A model generated the notes under the pieces. That model had not been told where the DNA came from. It made no database searches and saw only the letters and a list, made by a program, of their open reading frames with translations. Made by a program: the position numbers and the translations under genes. This document shows, piece after piece, positions 43,805 to 53,569 of a stretch of 64,000 bases of DNA. The DNA is from a virus: positions 6,984-70,983 of the IMG/VR virus record IMGVR_UViG_3300036766_001106; one strand, 5' to 3'. Numbering within the stretch: position 1 is the first letter of the stretch; every line of letters begins with the position of its first letter.

Positions 43805-46020
43805 CGTTTCACCCTCACCACCGGGATGATCTCAAAATGGCTTAGTTGCTCAAAATCCGATATTTCGATGGTCATCAAACGGTCCTGCAGGTCGGTGCTC
43901 ACATTGAAACGGTCCCTCTGGAGCTTAAAATAGCCCTCCCGACCCTTGGTCTCCGCCACCACATGGGCTTCCGGGACCCCGGCGTCTCCCGGGTAGATGG
44001 CCCGCACCCCCTTGAGGTTGTCCACTCCAAAATTAGCCGGGCCCAGGCGCAGGCCGGAATGGACCGTTTGCCCATCGTCGTCGTCCCCCTCCAGCACATA
44101 GATACCGTCATCTTTGGCGGCCAGAACTTCGCCGTTTCTGGTCGCATAGGAATTGAAGTTGAACCCGCTATACATGGAGGGCGAAAAGCTGAAGCCGGTG
44201 AGGACCCAGGTCTCATAAAGTTCTGCATCCTCAACGGTGGTGCCTTCCACCAGGACGCCGCCCATGATGTCGAACTCGGTAATCGGCGGCAACCAGAAGC
44301 CGAAGACGCAGGCCCCGCCAACCTTGACCCCACCCCGGCGCACCGTCCACTCATAGACCCCAGGCTCCGGAATGTCGAACTCCAGGGCCCCGGCCACATA
44401 AACGCTGCCGCCGGTGGTGAACTCGTAATAGACTTCATCCGCGTCGGGGGTGATGATCTCAATGGGCGGATACCGCCGTTCCCCCACCACCACGCCGCCG
44501 GACAGGGAGAACGTGGTGATGAGGTCTGCTGGTTCCACGAAGGAGAAATCCAGGGCCCCGCCGATGACCACGCCCTTGCTGGTGGTAAACTCGGTGATGA
44601 GGGTCGTGGTGGGGTCGTAAACCGTGATGGCCAGCTTGCCGCCCACGGCCACGCCGCCTTCCACCTCAATGACGGTAATCCAGGGCTCGGGGGTCTCGAT
44701 GTCGAGTTTGCCGCCGATGGCCACGCCGCCCGCGGTAGTGAAAACGAAAATGCCGGGGTCAACGATTTCAAACTCGAAGGCCCCTTCGACCACCACCCCG
44801 CCTTCGGTCTCCATGGCATATTCGGCGTACAGGTCAAACTTAGCCGCCGTGTTGTCGAAGGCAAAGGCAAGGCCGTCGGTGTCGATACACCAGAACGGCG
44901 GCGGGTCTCCCAGGGCGGTAAAATCCACGCAACCGTAGCCGCTTAAATAATCCCAACCCGGCACCGGCACCTTGTAAATGCCTTCCAGGAGTACCGTTAC
45001 CGGGATATTGCCGATATACTGGCGCACCGGACAAGAGTACCCTTCGGCGGTCGGGTCAACCACGACGGTGAGGTAGCCTACATAATGGCGGATGTTAAAA
45101 CAGGTGCCTTCTATGACTACAACGACCGGGATATTTCCCGTATAGATATATTGACCCGGCGGCTGGTAGAGATAGCCTTCCGCCGTGGGGTCCACGGTGA
45201 CGGTAACATCGCCCACCTTGGCGTAAATCGGGTCATAGCCCGCCGCCGTGGGGTCAACCGTAACGGTGATGTCACCCGCATATACAAATTGTCCTGGCGG
45301 GGTGGCCTCATATTCTACCTGGACGATATTTTGAGTGACCTTGACCTTGGGAGGAACCTCATATTCAGTCTGAGTAATATTCTGATAAACCTTGATGCGA
45401 TTCTGGAAGGTGAGGGCCTGGCTAAATTCTACCCAAGGGTTGTAATCCAGGGTGGAGGTCTCATCCTCCGGCAAATCCGAGGCGGCAGCGTCCCCGAAAC
45501 GATGACAGGCAAACATCATAGTGGAAATCGTGTTGAATGAACGGAACCCGATTTCAACGACTATGCGGTCGCCCGCCTGGGCATCAACGGATGTAAGAGC
45601 CTGAGAATTGGGATAAAAGCGGTTGGTAAGTGTGCTTAAGACGAACTCCGACTCCAGGGCCGCGGGGAAGTGGGCCAGCAGGACCCCCCGCAGCGTCAAG
45701 CCGTCGCCGGAAACCACCTTGATGACGATACCCCGGCAAAAATCGGCCAGGGCGTTATCTTCATAAACCCTGATTTGCCCCTTGACCGTCCCGGAGATTG
45801 TTTGGGCCGTAAGCGGGTCGCTGACATATTGCCGCACCAGGACATCGTAGGGCTGGGTATCGACGTTTTCATAAAAACTTGGGGTAGTGGTGAGGACGGT
45901 GCCCTGCTTTACCGGCCCCATCCAATGGCGTAGGGCACCAGTAGTTTTCTCCCAATCAGCCGCAAAAGCAGGACTGTTAGGAGCATTAATGGCTTCTGGT
46001 AAATAAAACCGCGTCGGCAC
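43801..46020 (-). CDS. Tail structural protein with two beta-strand repeat arrays
   Basis: YxGxIxVxVDPTA x5; GGVxxGG-like x8. Confidence 0.7.
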   Translation of the reverse strand: MPTRFYLPEAINAPNSPAFAADWEKTTGALRHWMGPVKQGTVLTTTPSFYENVDTQPYDVLVRQYVSDPLTAQTISGTVKGQIRVYEDNALADFCRGIVIKVVSGDGLTLRGVLLAHFPAALESEFVLSTLTNRFYPNSQALTSVDAQAGDRIVVEIGFRSFNTISTMMFACHRFGDAAASDLPEDETSTLDYNPWVEFSQALTFQNRIKVYQNITQTEYEVPPKVKVTQNIVQVEYEATPPGQFVYAGDITVTVDPTAAGYDPIYAKVGDVTVTVDPTAEGYLYQPPGQYIYTGNIPVVVVIEGTCFNIRHYVGYLTVVVDPTAEGYSCPVRQYIGNIPVTVLLEGIYKVPVPGWDYLSGYGCVDFTALGDPPPFWCIDTDGLAFAFDNTAAKFDLYAEYAMETEGGVVVEGAFEFEIVDPGIFVFTTAGGVAIGGKLDIETPEPWITVIEVEGGVAVGGKLAITVYDPTTTLITEFTTSKGVVIGGALDFSFVEPADLITTFSLSGGVVVGERRYPPIEIITPDADEVYYEFTTGGSVYVAGALEFDIPEPGVYEWTVRRGGVKVGGACVFGFWLPPITEFDIMGGVLVEGTTVEDAELYETWVLTGFSFSPSMYSGFNFNSYATRNGEVLAAKDDGIYVLEGDDDDGQTVHSGLRLGPANFGVDNLKGVRAIYPGDAGVPEAHVVAETKGREGYFKLQRDRFNVSTDLQDRLMTIEISDFEQLSHFEIIPVVRVKR

Positions 46021-46034
46021 TTCCGTCCCCTAAT

Positions 46035-47027
46035 TTAAGCCACAGCTTTATAGCCGAACTCTGCGGCGTTTACCCCGCTTGCCAGCCAAGCCGCCGCGGT
46101 GTTGGGGTCGGTTTCCCATATATTGAACAACCCTTTGGGGGCGGCTGCGGGAACCGCTTTATTGCCGCTAAAATAATCAGTTGCCCCGGAGCGCACCGCC
46201 AGTTGCAAGTTTTGGGGGGTAGGAGCGCCTTCTTTTACGCTGCGGGCATGGACCTGGACGCATTTGATAGATTCAATGGAGCCGACCAAATCACCGAAAC
46301 CGTGGGTATCCAGGATGGCGGCTGTATTGGTCTCCACATAATCGGCATCATCGGGCGGCACTTCGTCCACGCATTGAAAATTGGCTCCCGCGGAAGGCGT
46401 CCATTGGGCGGCGTTCCCTGCCGCCGTGGGTCTGATGCCCTGAATCTTGGTGTCGCCAATCCAGGCGGCGTCATCCACCACCAAGTCATCCCACCACCCG
46501 TGGGCATAAGCACTCCCCGTACCGGCAATTCTCAAAATGTCGAATTGCGTATTGGTCCCTGGTTTGGTGTCCCCGGAATAATCAATATCCAAAACGCCAT
46601 TAAGTTTTACCTGGATGATGCCGCCGGAGTCGGCCACTTTTACCCTTACTTCAATCAAATGGGTGGTAGAAAAACCCAAGGCCGTGGTGCCGGTAGCTAC
46701 CAAGGTGGTCTCAACGTAGGCTTCCAATTTATAACTTGTAGTATTTCTCCTTAATTGAAAAATGATGTTGGCCCCTTTATAGAGGAACATCACACGGTTC
46801 ATATAAGCGTTCTGGGTTAAAGTGTTAGTACGATATTTGAACGCAAAGTATTTCTCATCATCGGCCACCAGGGCATAATCAACAACCGAATCGGACGAAA
46901 TCGGTAAATTGAGGCAATAATCTCCACTCAGGTTTAAGCCGGTAGTAGAGACAAGTGCAGCGCTGCCCGATATGGCAGCCATCAAGGTAAGACCAGCTTC
47001 AAAGCCGTCAATGAGTTCCCTTGCCAT
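46035..47027 (-). CDS. Tail fibre protein, possible lectin/ConA-like domain
   Basis: DGFE...HLIEVRVK...IQVKLNG...WWDDLVV. Confidence 0.6.
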   Translation of the reverse strand: MARELIDGFEAGLTLMAAISGSAALVSTTGLNLSGDYCLNLPISSDSVVDYALVADDEKYFAFKYRTNTLTQNAYMNRVMFLYKGANIIFQLRRNTTSYKLEAYVETTLVATGTTALGFSTTHLIEVRVKVADSGGIIQVKLNGVLDIDYSGDTKPGTNTQFDILRIAGTGSAYAHGWWDDLVVDDAAWIGDTKIQGIRPTAAGNAAQWTPSAGANFQCVDEVPPDDADYVETNTAAILDTHGFGDLVGSIESIKCVQVHARSVKEGAPTPQNLQLAVRSGATDYFSGNKAVPAAAPKGLFNIWETDPNTAAAWLASGVNAAEFGYKAVA

Positions 47028-47042
47028 TGGATTTCCCCCCTC

Positions 47043-47513
47043 TTAGGAAACGGTCATTTTGGCTGTAACTTTTACCGCGCCACCATCTGGCACATTGTAA
47101 GGGCCGTCCGAAAACTGCTCCACGGCGATGAGCAATCCTGCCGTACCGGTAGCCACGGTACAGATGAAATAGCCGTAACAGTTGCCCCAGGCCGCCCCGG
47201 TGGCGCTAAAAGTTTTCTGCACCTGGGTGAAAACGCTCCCCGCCTTGGTCCAATCGGCAGGTGCCAGAGCAATTCGGGCATAAGTCCCCCCCGTAGGCTC
47301 AGTCAAACCTGTTAGGACAGCATCTTCCGCAGGTTCCGAAGTGGGGGCGGTATAGAGGCCCAGATAGAGATTGGCGTTTTGGGTGGTGTTCTTGAGGTAA
47401 ATATTCCCAATATCCCCTTCACCTTCATCTACGAGCTTCGCCATGAGAAAGAAGGGGACCAGGGCCAGCCCCCAAGCCAAGTTACCGAGGATATTCCAGA
47501 TGTGATCTAACAT
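47043..47513 (-). CDS. Small virion beta-sandwich protein (paralog A) with a 23-aa hydrophobic leader
   Basis: DEGE, YLGLY, LTEP.G..YAR, WGNCYGYFI; SD AAGGAG. Confidence 0.7.
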   Translation of the reverse strand: MLDHIWNILGNLAWGLALVPFFLMAKLVDEGEGDIGNIYLKNTTQNANLYLGLYTAPTSEPAEDAVLTGLTEPTGGTYARIALAPADWTKAGSVFTQVQKTFSATGAAWGNCYGYFICTVATGTAGLLIAVEQFSDGPYNVPDGGAVKVTAKMTVS

Positions 47514-47523
47514 CGCCTTCTCC

Positions 47524-47931
47524 TTATGAGCATTTAAGTTTGGGAATTATTTTGATGCCTTTGCCGTCCAGCACCGAATAGGCGGAGCCCAGGTGTTCCA
47601 ACCCCATAAGCTTCCCCCCGGTGCCGGTCAAGGTGGTGGTGATGAAGTAGCCGTAAATGTTTCCCCAATCCCCGCCTTGCGCCAAGAGGGTCTGCTCAGG
47701 GTAGGTGGCCTCATCTGCCGTGATAGTCCAGTTGGCCAGGCCCCGGGACAGGGGCTTGCGGGCGTAACCGAACCCGGACGGCTCGGTGAGATCGGAAACC
47801 TTGGCATCCTCTCCCGGCTCTACGCTGTTTTTGTAGAGGCCCAGATACCAAGCCCCATCCACCGGGGTATCCCCCAAGAGAATATTCAGAACCCGATTTT
47901 CCCCCTCATCGCACCAGATTGGAGTTCCCAT
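47524..47931 (-). CDS. Small virion beta-sandwich protein (paralog B)
   Basis: DEGE, YLGLY, LTEPSGFGYAR, WGNIYGYFI. Confidence 0.7.
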   Translation of the reverse strand: MGTPIWCDEGENRVLNILLGDTPVDGAWYLGLYKNSVEPGEDAKVSDLTEPSGFGYARKPLSRGLANWTITADEATYPEQTLLAQGGDWGNIYGYFITTTLTGTGGKLMGLEHLGSAYSVLDGKGIKIIPKLKCS

Positions 47932-47943
47932 GTCCTTTCCCCC

Positions 47944-49371
47944 TTACAGGTCTCTACAATGTTCCCGAATCCATTGGCGCATCTCGGTGTTGGTCATGGA
48001 CGGATACCAGGCTTTTAACAGGGCAGCCCCCGCCGCCACATGAGGGCAGGCGGCGCTGGTGCCGGAAGCGCACATATAGCGGTTGCCGGACCCTACCACG
48101 ACGTAATTATCGTAGGTGAAGCCGGCCCAGGCCCCGGCGATGTAGCGGCCAGGAGCAGAGACCTCCGTTTCCGGGCCCCGGGAGGAAAAATCGGCGATGC
48201 CCTCGTAGAAGTCCATCGCTGCCACTGCCATGACGCTGGCATACTTGCCGGGATAATTGACGGTGTTCTCCCCCGGCCCGGAGTTGCCCGCCGCTGCCAC
48301 TACCAGCAGACCTGCATACCAAGCACTATCACAGGCTTGTTGCAAGGAGGTGGTCCCGGAACTTCCGCCCAGGGACATCGAGATGATGTCCATGCCATTC
48401 GCCCTGGCCCAATCAATGCCGGCGGCTACATTCGCCATAGATCCCCAGCCTTTAGAATCCATCACCTTGCAGGCATAGAGGTCGATGTCCGGGGCGACGC
48501 CCCGGTAACTGCCCACGATGGCGTTATGTTGAGCGGCCACGATGGAGCAGCAGTAGGTGCCGTGGTCGTGATCATCTTCGGGGTTGGGGTTCCCCCCCAC
48601 GAAGTTGTAGCCGCCTTTGAAAACGCAGACGCCATCCTTCCAAAAGACTTCATGGGAGGACTTGATGCCAGTATCTATGACGCATACTTTAATGCGCCGG
48701 CCAGACATGGACTTCCCATAGTTGCCCTGGCCCCAGGCATATTGCGGGTTAATCCTCGTTACCCCCCAATCAGTGTTGACCCCGGAAGGGTTATAGGCCG
48801 GGATTTCGTTGGAGAGGATATGGGCCATCGGCTCAACCTCTACCCGCTCCACCAGGGGGCTTTTCCGAAGCTCCTCGATGGCCGCGTCCTCCAGGTCCGT
48901 GACGAACATGCGGTTATCGAACCCAAAGGTCCATTTCCGGCGCCCCCCGTGGTCCTTGGCCAGATTGTGGGACATTTTCATCAAATCTTTGGGGAGGCCG
49001 ACAATCTTCTCCGGCAGCTTCAAATAGACGGTCACGGTCCTCGTAAGATTTGGTTCCTCCGCGAAACCTTCATCGCATTTATAGGTCGCCGCCAGTTCCT
49101 GGGCCAGCTCTCGCAAGCCGTCCTTGACCGTCACCTCCGGACTCAAATTGACCGTCTCCCGACCTTTCTTGACGGCCACCAGGAATTTGAGCAATTTCGT
49201 ATAGAGGTCCGGCCTATGGACCCGCATATCCTGCATCATCGACTGCCAACGTTGCCGGGGCATCCGTTGGATTACAAATTGGTAAAGCTCCTCATCCACC
49301 TCTTTGAGACGTTGCAACACCCTTTGATAGTCCAGAATGCTTTTGCTCTCGAAAAATTCTTCCTCAAACAT
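47944..49371 (-). CDS. Subtilisin-like S8 serine protease with an I9-like propeptide
   Basis: VIDTG, HDHGTYC, AAAGNSG, SGTSAACPHVAA. Confidence 0.93.
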   Translation of the reverse strand: MFEEEFFESKSILDYQRVLQRLKEVDEELYQFVIQRMPRQRWQSMMQDMRVHRPDLYTKLLKFLVAVKKGRETVNLSPEVTVKDGLRELAQELAATYKCDEGFAEEPNLTRTVTVYLKLPEKIVGLPKDLMKMSHNLAKDHGGRRKWTFGFDNRMFVTDLEDAAIEELRKSPLVERVEVEPMAHILSNEIPAYNPSGVNTDWGVTRINPQYAWGQGNYGKSMSGRRIKVCVIDTGIKSSHEVFWKDGVCVFKGGYNFVGGNPNPEDDHDHGTYCCSIVAAQHNAIVGSYRGVAPDIDLYACKVMDSKGWGSMANVAAGIDWARANGMDIISMSLGGSSGTTSLQQACDSAWYAGLLVVAAAGNSGPGENTVNYPGKYASVMAVAAMDFYEGIADFSSRGPETEVSAPGRYIAGAWAGFTYDNYVVVGSGNRYMCASGTSAACPHVAAGAALLKAWYPSMTNTEMRQWIREHCRDL

Positions 49372-49375
49372 CGTC

Positions 49376-50434
49376 TTATCCTGCCGGGGTGTTAAGGGTG
49401 TTGGGGTCGGTGGCTTCCCGGTCCCAATCGTAAGTCCAGAACTCGGTGAGGATCCATTTGGGGGAATAGCCTGCGGCTATCCCCTTAAACCGGTCCATAA
49501 AGGTTTTGGTGAACTTCGATTGGATATGGGTGTCCACGTAGGGGTAACCGGTGAGTAATTCCTGCTGCATATTGACGAAATGCCCCCCCGATGTGCCATA
49601 GACCCGCTCTTTCGTTCTAGCGTTTTCCAGCCAAATTTCTTCTCGCTCCGGGGTCCAGATGCCAGCATTGACTACGACGTTTCCAGTGATGGGCCCCGGC
49701 ATCCCCACCGTATAAACGCCAATGATATAGGCCGCCGGTCCCACCACGATAAGCCAGTCTCCCAGGTAGTAAACCACCGTACCGTATTGCTGTTCCCGCA
49801 TCCCGAAGATATGCCGGGCCCGGTGCGGCAACTCGATGGGCTCCCCGGACGGCTCCACGAAAGGGTCGTCGATACCCGTTACCTCTTCCTGGATAGAGGC
49901 CCGGTAAAAAATGCTGTGCCAGGTGGTTTGAAACATAAACCAGTTAAGCCAACCCGGGGTCTCGCCAATCGGTGATATCGGCTTTTGGTAGGGCACCCGC
50001 CCCTCGCCGATGGCTCGATGCCATTGGATTCGGAAGACATCCAGGCACTTCCGGGGGGCCTTGGGGTCCTGGCCGTAGGTCTGCGGTTCATTGTGGCCGA
50101 TGATAGCGTAAGGCACGTCGCCGTCCATCATCACCTTCACCTTCTGGCCGGCCCGGAACCCCCAGGCTGCATGATTGAGAGCCTTGTTCTCCCGTTTGGT
50201 GGCCACCTGGTCGTCGTAGTAGCCCCGGCGACAATGGTAGAAGATAGGCACCCCCGGATAAGCGCCGCCGTCCACCTCCACGGTGCAGGTGTCGTCCAGC
50301 GTCAGGGGATTGGTGGAGGACAGACCGAAATCCTTTATAATCCCCTCTTTATAGTGGACCTGATAGACCTCGCCGAAATTCTCATGGTCCAGGCGGTGCT
50401 CCAGGTCACTTTTACTGGCGGCGCTCGGGGTCAT
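49376..50434 (-). CDS. Virion protein, possible N-terminal OB-fold
   Basis: DTCTVEVDG..VPIFYHC...FRAGQKVKV. Confidence 0.55.
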   Translation of the reverse strand: MTPSAASKSDLEHRLDHENFGEVYQVHYKEGIIKDFGLSSTNPLTLDDTCTVEVDGGAYPGVPIFYHCRRGYYDDQVATKRENKALNHAAWGFRAGQKVKVMMDGDVPYAIIGHNEPQTYGQDPKAPRKCLDVFRIQWHRAIGEGRVPYQKPISPIGETPGWLNWFMFQTTWHSIFYRASIQEEVTGIDDPFVEPSGEPIELPHRARHIFGMREQQYGTVVYYLGDWLIVVGPAAYIIGVYTVGMPGPITGNVVVNAGIWTPEREEIWLENARTKERVYGTSGGHFVNMQQELLTGYPYVDTHIQSKFTKTFMDRFKGIAAGYSPKWILTEFWTYDWDREATDPNTLNTPAG

Positions 50435-50437
50435 GGC

Positions 50438-51136
50438 TTATTGGGTGCTCAGTGACCATTTCACGTTGCACCGGATCTTCTGCCCGGCGGTGTCGATCAG
50501 CTTGGCCTCCGGCAGTTCCTCCAGGAAGACCAGCTTCTTGTGGGCGTCCCCGGCGAACAGGGTGCCGGTGTTGCTGACGGCCCACTTTACCCCGCCAACC
50601 CAAATTTCCTCGTCATTCTGGAAGGTGCCGGTCTTGGTTTTGATGAACAGATACCCGGCGGCATCGTCAGTGGCCCAGGCCCCGGACGTAACCACCACGC
50701 CGGTCACGATGCCCGTAGCGGCAGAGGTGTGGCCGGTGACGGTATCGCCTACCTTGATGGGCCCCTCACTCTGCCCGGCGTCAAAAGGCACGACATAGCA
50801 GAAGGCGAACACCCCCCGGACGGTATTGACGTCAGCTACATCCGCCGCGGCAAATTCCCATTCCAGGTAGGTATTGTGATAGGCGCCTTCGGCCTTCCCG
50901 GCGGCGTTCAGAGACAGATACCACTTGTTGGCGGCCAGGGCAGCAGCGAACTCCTGGGTGAGAACCTTCTGAGCATAGGTCCTGCCACCGCCGGTAGGCA
51001 TCTCCTCAAGCTGGAGCATGGTCATGGAGCCGTCAGGCGAAACCACGTTCTTGTAAAGCCCCATAATCCACGCCTGAATTGCGAGGATTGCCCGCATCAT
51101 TTCGATTTCAGATTCGTTTGGCACATAAAGGCTCAT
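50438..51136 (-). CDS. Virion protein (distant paralog of A and B with an inserted beta module)
   Basis: NESE, MGLYKN, GRTYAQK; VGDTVTGHTSAATG insert. Confidence 0.6.
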   Translation of the reverse strand: MSLYVPNESEIEMMRAILAIQAWIMGLYKNVVSPDGSMTMLQLEEMPTGGGRTYAQKVLTQEFAAALAANKWYLSLNAAGKAEGAYHNTYLEWEFAAADVADVNTVRGVFAFCYVVPFDAGQSEGPIKVGDTVTGHTSAATGIVTGVVVTSGAWATDDAAGYLFIKTKTGTFQNDEEIWVGGVKWAVSNTGTLFAGDAHKKLVFLEELPEAKLIDTAGQKIRCNVKWSLSTQ

Positions 51137-52449
51137 AGGTACTCTCCTTCGCCACCGATGATTACGCCGCCGTAAACCTGGTGTTCCAGGGGGGCGGGTA
51201 TGTAAATGCGTCCACGTTCAAAAATGTCGTGGAGGTCTGCATCAAAATCCCCCTTGGCGGAGCCAGAGAGGGAGATAACCGTTTGCGGGATGACGCCCTG
51301 CAGGAGCCGGTGAAACCCTGCTCCCCGGCTCAAGGCGTTTATCTTCAGCCGGTTTTCCGTGATATGGATGAGGTGCCCGTTATGTTTGCCGATGATGGCG
51401 CCTTGGGGAGACATCCACACCGGGCAAAGGGTGCGGGACTGTTTCGGCTCGTAGGCCCCGCCTTCCATCATGGTCCAGGTCAGAGTGCCGGGGATGGCGC
51501 CGCCGCCCACTTCCTCCAGGGTCATCTTGGCCGGGACCGTCCCCTTCAGAAACCAGGTATTGGCAAGAGAACTGATGAACAGGCCCTCGTTGACGGGGGC
51601 AATCAGGGTGATGTCCTCCAGGAAGGGGAAATAACCCCCGGCCCGGAAGTTCTCGTACATGAACTCATCGCTGTAACAAACCTTCTTGCCGGAGGCCCCC
51701 CAAACCCGCCCATGGGCGAAAGCCAGTGAGGTCAAGGGAGGCGGCGGCTCCACTCCGAAGGTCGGAAGCGGTTGGGTGTAGTAGGGGGTTGTGATTTTAC
51801 CGGCTACGACCAGGGCCAGATAGAACTCGGCCCCATTGGGCTGGGTGATCCAGACCAGGACATCATCCGGCAAATCGGTGAGTTGAATCCCGGCGGTGCC
51901 ACCCGCCCAGGAGATTTCGGCTACGGGACCGTTTCCCCCCACGCGGTTCAGGGCCTCGAACCTAGTGTAGCAGAGCTTATAGATGCCCGGCGGCAAGTCA
52001 CCTTCGACCTGGGTAATGTCCGGCGCCAGGGGTAAGGACAGGCCCCACCCATGCACCAGGTCCTGGCCCAGGTCATAGACTCCCTGCCAATAGCCGTTGG
52101 CGGCATAGACGCGGCCGTCAACTTCCACGAAGTCCATCCGGGCCCGGGCCGGCCCCGAGACCTGACAAAGCTCCCGGGCCGAAACCGCCTCAACTCTGAA
52201 CAGGGAAGGGGAGCCGGCGGCACCCGTGGCGACACACAGGTTGACCGATTCGCCCCATAGAGAATGAGCCCCCGGCAAGCTGATGAGCTTCCGATAGCAT
52301 CCCCGCAGGGCCACCACGCCGTCATCAAAAACATCGGCATTCAAGACCACCTGGGGCGTCGCCCGCTTGGTGTCGTCAAGGAAGTAGCCTGGCGACTTCT
52401 TCAGGTTGGACATCCCATTGAAGCCGTAGGCCACTAACTGTTTCGCCAT
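51133..52449 (-). CDS. Tail nozzle/stabilisation protein (tubular protein B-like)
   Basis: FNGMSN...NADVFDDG..LR; HGRVWGA...YSD; follows the adaptor gene. Confidence 0.65.
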   Translation of the reverse strand: MAKQLVAYGFNGMSNLKKSPGYFLDDTKRATPQVVLNADVFDDGVVALRGCYRKLISLPGAHSLWGESVNLCVATGAAGSPSLFRVEAVSARELCQVSGPARARMDFVEVDGRVYAANGYWQGVYDLGQDLVHGWGLSLPLAPDITQVEGDLPPGIYKLCYTRFEALNRVGGNGPVAEISWAGGTAGIQLTDLPDDVLVWITQPNGAEFYLALVVAGKITTPYYTQPLPTFGVEPPPPLTSLAFAHGRVWGASGKKVCYSDEFMYENFRAGGYFPFLEDITLIAPVNEGLFISSLANTWFLKGTVPAKMTLEEVGGGAIPGTLTWTMMEGGAYEPKQSRTLCPVWMSPQGAIIGKHNGHLIHITENRLKINALSRGAGFHRLLQGVIPQTVISLSGSAKGDFDADLHDIFERGRIYIPAPLEHQVYGGVIIGGEGEYL

Positions 52450-52461
52450 GTCGTCCCCTCG

Positions 52462-53124
52462 TTAAGGCAACGGCTGGCGGCCGCCGTGTCGCCGGACACC
52501 TCTTTGCGCCACCAGCCAGGGCACCATGCCAACCTCCCCCCTCGGGCTTCCGTAAAGGCCATTAGAGTATTCCCCCTGCCAGTACGTCAGGGATCTGTGG
52601 GGCATGTCCACGCCCATGTCCATAATCACCGGGAAGGCGATGATGGCGACCTTGGGGATAATCACCCGGCGCTGGAACTGCGGCGGGATGCACACCACGG
52701 GGTCGTTGGGCACGTCCAGAACTTCGGGTTTATCGCAGAACCAGAGCCGGGCCGTATCGTTGGCCTTGGGGTAGATTCCCAGCTTGCGGTCTTTCACGGC
52801 CACATGGGTGATCGCCTCTCCGGTTTCGTCATGGTCAATGTCCCTAGTATCAAGGTCGCTGAGGTCCCGCAGGATGGTGACGGGCTGCCAGTCCTTGTTG
52901 CGACACTTAACAAGGCCCTTGAGATAGACCTCCGGCAGGTCGTAAAGCCAGGCCGCGGTGGTCACCGGCAGGTTGAACGGCTCGCTGCGCTCCAGGGCAG
53001 GTAGGTGATTCTCCGTCGCGATGACCAGGATGGCCTCATTAATCCAGGCCTTGAAGAAATTCACCTTGAGATAGTCATCCCTGACATGCAAATAAATTTC
53101 GTTTTCCAATTCCTGGAGAGTCAT
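52462..53124 (-). CDS. Head-tail adaptor (tubular protein A-like)
   Basis: MTLQEL...WINEA...YDLP...IYPK...IPPQF. Confidence 0.7.
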   Translation of the reverse strand: MTLQELENEIYLHVRDDYLKVNFFKAWINEAILVIATENHLPALERSEPFNLPVTTAAWLYDLPEVYLKGLVKCRNKDWQPVTILRDLSDLDTRDIDHDETGEAITHVAVKDRKLGIYPKANDTARLWFCDKPEVLDVPNDPVVCIPPQFQRRVIIPKVAIIAFPVIMDMGVDMPHRSLTYWQGEYSNGLYGSPRGEVGMVPWLVAQRGVRRHGGRQPLP

Positions 53125-53136
53125 GGCCTTCCCGAC

Positions 53137-53421
53137 CTATCGCTTCTTGGACTCATGCACTTCCTGCATGAGCTCTTTGCTGGTGTAAGTTTTTCCCTTC
53201 CCGGGAACTTTGAGGGTGATCTTCTCCATCTGCAAAGAGAAGCTGGAGGTGTCCGCATCTTGCCGGATGCTGGAAACCTTGCCGGTGACCACCACGGTAA
53301 TCTCGTCGTCCACCGACAGGTCCCCGAAACCATCCGGCTGCTTCATACCACCCTCACCGAATTCAAAGGAGACCCGTTCACGCCACTCTTTATCAATCGC
53401 AGGGACATCCTTACTCATCAT
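53137..53421 (-). CDS. Hypothetical protein
   Basis: SD AAGGAG. Confidence 0.6.
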   Translation of the reverse strand: MMSKDVPAIDKEWRERVSFEFGEGGMKQPDGFGDLSVDDEITVVVTGKVSSIRQDADTSSFSLQMEKITLKVPGKGKTYTSKELMQEVHESKKR

Positions 53422-53566
53422 CGTCTCCTTGACCTGGCCGCTTCCGCCCCCACTCCGTGCCGCACCGGGGACACTTAATGTCCGCGTCCTTGTAAATCCG
53501 CGGGTCCGGGTCCGTCACCAGGCGGCAATTCGGGTTGGGGCAAATACGCACCTTGCCTTCGGTCAT
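53411..53566 (-). CDS. Zinc-ribbon mini-protein (51 aa, CPNPNC...IKCPRCG; Com-like)
   Basis: Read by hand; fills the gap exactly; four Cys. Confidence 0.65.
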   Translation of the reverse strand: MTEGKVRICPNPNCRLVTDPDPRIYKDADIKCPRCGTEWGRKRPGQGDDDE

Positions 53567-53569
53567 GGC

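Noticed and set aside
41536-47027. Diversity-generating retroelement or invertible tail cassette
   Set aside because: No reverse transcriptase, no adenine-specific TR/VR pair and no inverted crossover sites seen.
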